DNA of 47,475 nt, from contig JBAYLX010000001.1 of NCBI GenBank assembly GCA_041663885.1, positions 1-47,475 of the forward strand, given 5' to 3'. The notes below the pieces were generated by a model. That model ran no database searches and was not told where the DNA came from. It worked only from the letters and a program-made list of their open reading frames with translations. A program made the translations under genes and the position numbers. Position 1 is the first letter of the stretch. Every line of letters begins with the position of its first letter. This stretch comes from Minisyncoccota bacterium. Its GTDB lineage: Bacteria > Patescibacteriota > Minisyncoccia > Minisyncoccales > UBA5738. Shown here piece by piece: positions 44,272 to 47,475 of the stretch.

Positions 44272-44401
44272 ATTTCCAATTTCCAATTATCAATTTCCAA
44301 TAAATGTTTCAAATTTCAATGTTTCAAATAAAATACAAATTTGTATTCGGTTTGATTTATTGAAAATTGGAGTTTGAAAATTGAAAATTATTTAGTAATT
44401 T
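44272..44401. promoter_or_regulatory. AT-rich imperfect-palindromic intergenic element between rpsB and tsf
   Basis: The left arm is tttccaatttccaatt...tttcaaatttcaatgtttcaaat. The centre is the perfect palindrome ATACAAATTTGTAT. The right arm is ...attgaaaattggagtttgaaaattgaaaatt, which shares gtttgaaaattgaaaatt with the gap/acs elements. Confidence 0.5.
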
Positions 44402-44845
44402 ATGGCTAATATTGATCTGATAAAACAACTTCGCGATGAGACCGGAATTTCGATCGGTGAATGCAAAAAAGCGCTTGACGAGGCGGGAACCATTGAAAAG
44501 GCCAAGGAAGTTTTGAAAAAGTGGGGCAAGGACTTGGCGTCAAAAAAAAGCGATCGGACAACCGGGCAGGGAAAAGTTGAGGCATATATCCATGCCAATG
44601 GCAAGATCGGAGTCATGGTTGAGTTGCGGTGCGAGACTGATTTTGTGGCGAATTCAGCGGATTTTAACGGCTTGGCGCACGAACTTTGTCTCCAGGTGGC
44701 GGCAATGGGTGACGATATGGAAACTCTTCTGACAGCTCCATGGATAAAAAATCCGTCAAAAACGGTCAAGGACCTAGTTGAAGAAACCATTGCCAAGGTC
44801 GGCGAAAATATCATCGTTAAGAAAGCCGTTCGCCTCCAGATTTAA
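44402..44845 (+). CDS. tsf: Elongation factor Ts, unusually short form (147 aa)
   Basis: The N-terminal UBA-like region reads LIKQLRDETGISIGECKKALDEAG.IEKAKEVLKKWG. The core reads GKVEAYIHANGKIGVMVELRCETDFVANS. The protein ends soon after the first core subdomain. Confidence 0.85.
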   Translation: MANIDLIKQLRDETGISIGECKKALDEAGTIEKAKEVLKKWGKDLASKKSDRTTGQGKVEAYIHANGKIGVMVELRCETDFVANSADFNGLAHELCLQVAAMGDDMETLLTAPWIKNPSKTVKDLVEETIAKVGENIIVKKAVRLQI

Positions 44846-44896
44846 GTTTGGGCGCGCTTTTTTGTTGGAACAATTTTTTAACAATTGGATATAATT

Positions 44897-45535
44897 ATGG
44901 TCGAGGCTATTGTTGCGGTTATTTTCGTTGGCAGTATCGCCGGCATGGTTATGATCGGTATGCGGCGTATGCCGACGGCCAAACAGGCATCCGAGCGTTC
45001 GGCGGATTTTAAATTGGCAAATATTATACCCGGCCTGAAGGTTTGGGTTGAAGCCAGGATCAAAAAAACGCCTTATTTCAAGGATTTTTCCTGGATTGAT
45101 TTTTTACAGAAGCACCTTTTGAAGGCTAAGCTTTTGATTTTAAAGGCGGAAAATAAGGTTAATGAGTACATTGTTCGTTTGCGCCAGCGCGCCGAAGCAC
45201 AAAGTGCCCAAAAGGAGGCGCGACTGGATAATTATTGGCACGATTTAAAAACCATCGTTAAAACGACGCAGAAATCGGTTTTATCCAAAAAAAATACAAA
45301 TAATAAAATTCAGGAAGCGGTTAAAGGGGAAAAGATAAAAGCCGATCATTCGATAACTCTTGAGAAACCAACGATTGTCGAAAACGATATCGACGTTAAA
45401 AAATCCGCGTCAGAGCCGATGATTGGCCGGGTGGTGATGCCTGAAGATGTGCTCGAAAAACCCGTTGCCCACCAAAAGAAAAAACGTTCTGCGAATTCCA
45501 AAAAAAGAAAATTACGCGATCCGTTCAGCTGGTAG
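44897..45535 (+). CDS. Hypothetical membrane-anchored, Lys-rich protein
   Basis: It has an N-terminal TM helix (VEAIVAVIFVGSIAGMVMIG) and a basic C-terminus. ATG at 44897 is preferred over TTG at 44885. Confidence 0.45.
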   Translation: MVEAIVAVIFVGSIAGMVMIGMRRMPTAKQASERSADFKLANIIPGLKVWVEARIKKTPYFKDFSWIDFLQKHLLKAKLLILKAENKVNEYIVRLRQRAEAQSAQKEARLDNYWHDLKTIVKTTQKSVLSKKNTNNKIQEAVKGEKIKADHSITLEKPTIVENDIDVKKSASEPMIGRVVMPEDVLEKPVAHQKKKRSANSKKRKLRDPFSW

Positions 45536-45637
45536 CGTTCCGCTCCCGAAGTTGCTTGCCGTTAGGAACATGGCACAAGGGAACGCGGGGCAAAAGGGAC
45601 TGCTGCCAAAAGGCCGGTTCAATATTGGCAGCGGGGC

Positions 45638-45709
45638 GCCGGGATAGCTCAGTGGTAGAGCAACTGTTTTGTAAACAGTAGGTCGTGGGTTCGAATCCCT
45701 CTCTCGGCT
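45638..45709 (+). tRNA. tRNA-Thr (anticodon TGT), CCA not encoded
   Basis: Hand-folded cloverleaf. The acceptor is GCCGGGA/TCTCGGC with one G-U. The D arm is GCTC-AGTGGTA-GAGC. The anticodon arm is ACTGT-TTTGTAA-ACAGT. The variable loop is AGGTC. The T arm is GTGGG-TTCGAAT-CCCTC with one U-U mismatch. The discriminator is T. Confidence 0.85.
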
Positions 45710-45731
45710 CATTTTGTACAGCACGATAAGG

Positions 45732-45752
45732 TCGCCTAAGCGGCGATTTTTT
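45732..45752 (+). terminator. Rho-independent terminator after the tRNA
   Basis: TCGCC-taagc-GGCGA followed by TTTTTT. Confidence 0.6.
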
Positions 45753-45766
45753 GATAAAGTAACATA

Positions 45767-46615
45767 ATGAAGATTAAAGAAATTCAAGTTAAATCGGTTT
45801 TGACCAAGTCGGGGTTGCCCGATGCGGAGTGGGCGGTGAATCCTTATGCCGGGTGCGCTTTCGGGTGCAAATATTGTTACGCGGCGTTCATTGGCCGATG
45901 GAAACATCCCAAAGAAGAGTGGGGCGGGTTTGTTGATGTGAAAATCAACGCACCGGAGATTTTGAAGGTTGAGTTGGAAAAATTGGGCAAAAAGTTTCAA
46001 AGCAAGAATTTTGGTTCCATATTCTTCGCGTCCGTGACCGATCCCTATCAGGGAGTTGAAAGCAAATATGAAATTACTCGGCAATGTTTGCGGGTTTTGG
46101 CGGATTTCGGTTATGAAGGTGAGGTATCGATTTTGACCAAGTCCCCGCTGGTTTGCCGCGATATCGATATTTTCAAGCGATTAAAAAACACAAGCATTGG
46201 CTTGACGATAACTTCCCTGGATGACGAAGTTTCGCGTTTCCTGGAAGGCAATGCGCCGCCGGTATCGGCGCGGATAGAAGCGCTCAAGAAATTGCATCTG
46301 GCCGGAATCCGTACTTACGCGTTCGTGGGGCCGCTTCTGCCATATTTCACTGCTCGCGCCGATAAGCTCGAAAATATTTTCGCGGAATTGAAAAACAGCG
46401 GCGTTGCCGGAGTCTATATCGAACATATCAATTTATCATCCAAAATCCGTGCCCGGCTGTTCGAATATTTATCCAAAACGCCTGATCTTATTTCGTATTT
46501 TGAAAAATCCCGGACCGATGAATACCGGCAAAGCCTGGAAAACATCATTTATCCGCTGGCCGAAAAATACGGCCTTAAAATCATCACGGGAAAAGTCTTG
46601 CGCCACGGTGCATGA
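45767..46615 (+). CDS. Radical SAM protein (SplB / DNA-repair-photolyase-like, COG1533 type)
   Basis: NPYAGCAFGCKYCYA is a CxxxCxxC radical SAM cluster motif in the context typical of this family. Confidence 0.75.
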   Translation: MKIKEIQVKSVLTKSGLPDAEWAVNPYAGCAFGCKYCYAAFIGRWKHPKEEWGGFVDVKINAPEILKVELEKLGKKFQSKNFGSIFFASVTDPYQGVESKYEITRQCLRVLADFGYEGEVSILTKSPLVCRDIDIFKRLKNTSIGLTITSLDDEVSRFLEGNAPPVSARIEALKKLHLAGIRTYAFVGPLLPYFTARADKLENIFAELKNSGVAGVYIEHINLSSKIRARLFEYLSKTPDLISYFEKSRTDEYRQSLENIIYPLAEKYGLKIITGKVLRHGA

Positions 46616-46821
46616 TTATGTATTTCTTGCGATCGCAAAATTTACATAAATTTATGGTTGACTAATTTCAGTAGTTTTTTCCTTTTTAAGGCCCTTAAGA
46701 AATCAGAACATCTTGCAAGTGGTTAAAATGGAAACCGCAAAATGATTATTGAATTACTTTCGCGCAAACAAAAAACCCATTCAAATGGGATTGTTTTTTA
46801 AAAAAGAAAAAAGGAGAGGGG

Positions 46822-47346
46822 TTAAGATCGAGAATAGATCTCAAACTTCCCGAGAGCGATATATGTTTGCATCAAAAATATTAGGAAAAATGATACAAAA
46901 CCATATAAATTAACTAAGAAAATGTCTACTCCCAAGAAATTGCCCTCTCCAGGTCCACTAATGCAGACCCAAAAGACGAAAAGCACTGTACCCCAGAGAA
47001 AATCTGCCAACCCAGTTGCCTTTTTGGGCATTTGGGGAGGCTTTTCCTGAAGGACACCCTTCAGAATTAAGATGCGCTCTGCGGAGGTTAAAACTATTGA
47101 GAGTGTCATTAAAAGAGTCATTCCCATTATAATAGTGAGAATCACTCCCCCTATTATGGCGAAGTCTCCCGGAATTTCCGTATTTTTTGGAAAAATAAAT
47201 TGACCCGTTAACTCACCGCTAGTTATGAGAGATACTGAGTCTTGCAAAAAAGCGAGTTCCAAGATACTTGCGATAATAGAGCCGATACACAAAGCCGCAA
47301 CTTGATAAAGAGGCAGCTTATTAAAATCCTTTTCAGACATTGGCAT
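46822..47346 (-). CDS. Hypothetical integral membrane protein
   Basis: 174-aa ORF with about 5 hydrophobic helices. No motif recognised. Confidence 0.45.
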   Translation of the reverse strand: MPMSEKDFNKLPLYQVAALCIGSIIASILELAFLQDSVSLITSGELTGQFIFPKNTEIPGDFAIIGGVILTIIMGMTLLMTLSIVLTSAERILILKGVLQEKPPQMPKKATGLADFLWGTVLFVFWVCISGPGEGNFLGVDIFLVNLYGFVSFFLIFLMQTYIALGKFEIYSRS

Positions 47347-47475
47347 ACTTTAGCCTCCTTTCGATATTATAGCACTAAATTTATTATAAGTCAAGGTTGT
47401 GCGATGAATTGGTTTGGGGTAAAATAAATTATATTGTTGGAATTACAATGAATAGTTTGGATTTGGAAAAAATTA

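Noticed and set aside
45512-46084. 190-aa - strand ORF
   Set aside because: It runs antisense through tRNA-Thr, its terminator and the 5' part of the radical SAM gene. It has no motif and is spurious.
1-47475. Alternative genetic code (UGA recoding, as in some CPR lineages)
   Set aside because: Long genes translate uninterrupted under the standard code. Several well-supported genes, such as ppsA at 23834-23836 and the AbrB-like ORF at 38454-38456, terminate at TGA at the expected family length.

Overview
47.5-kb window with tightly packed, mostly + strand genes. The gene content suggests a small-genome anaerobic bacterium, probably uncultivated and CPR/Patescibacteria-like, using the standard code. 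That content includes an [FeFe] hydrogenase, an archaeal-type FBP aldolase/phosphatase, PEP synthase, a miniature EF-Ts, many small membrane proteins and AT-rich palindromic intergenic spacers. This taxonomic placement is inference only. No database search was possible; all calls rest on motifs read from the translations and on repeats and hairpins read from the DNA.

The outstanding element is a complete class 2, type V-A (Cas12a/Cpf1-like) CRISPR-Cas locus at 30133-38178:
- A 1292-aa single effector with a split RuvC triad (D867/E962/D1242) and no HNH domain.
- cas4, cas1 and cas2, translationally coupled to the effector gene.
- A 178-nt leader.
- An array of 36 identical 36-nt repeats (CTCTAATAGGCATATTCAATTTCTACTTTTGTAGAT, with a 3' TCTAC/GTAGA stem-loop) and 35 unique spacers of 25-28 nt.
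- Flanking genes: a Bro-N/DinD-like gene upstream, and an AbrB-like gene plus a RhuM-like gene downstream.
- A highly structured 466-nt non-coding region preceding the island.

Elsewhere in the window:
- A surface protein with LVIVD repeats and a phage-type S74 chaperone domain.
- A ferredoxin and a GltB-FMN-domain protein.
- A membrane-anchored Clp/Hsp100 ATPase with a degenerate D1 module.
- A NuoF-like gene and a hydA [FeFe]-hydrogenase gene.
- A thiol-redox cluster with two paralogous DsbA-like proteins.
- gap, acs, ppsA, a pfkB-family kinase and the FBP aldolase/phosphatase.
- An AbiEii toxin pair, and a possible Tlde1-like toxin plus immunity pair.
- An MBOAT and SGNH O-acyltransferase pair.
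- rpmE-prfA, rpsB-tsf, rplY, tRNA-Thr(TGT) and a radical SAM gene.

Several families of intergenic repeats and hairpins are also reported.
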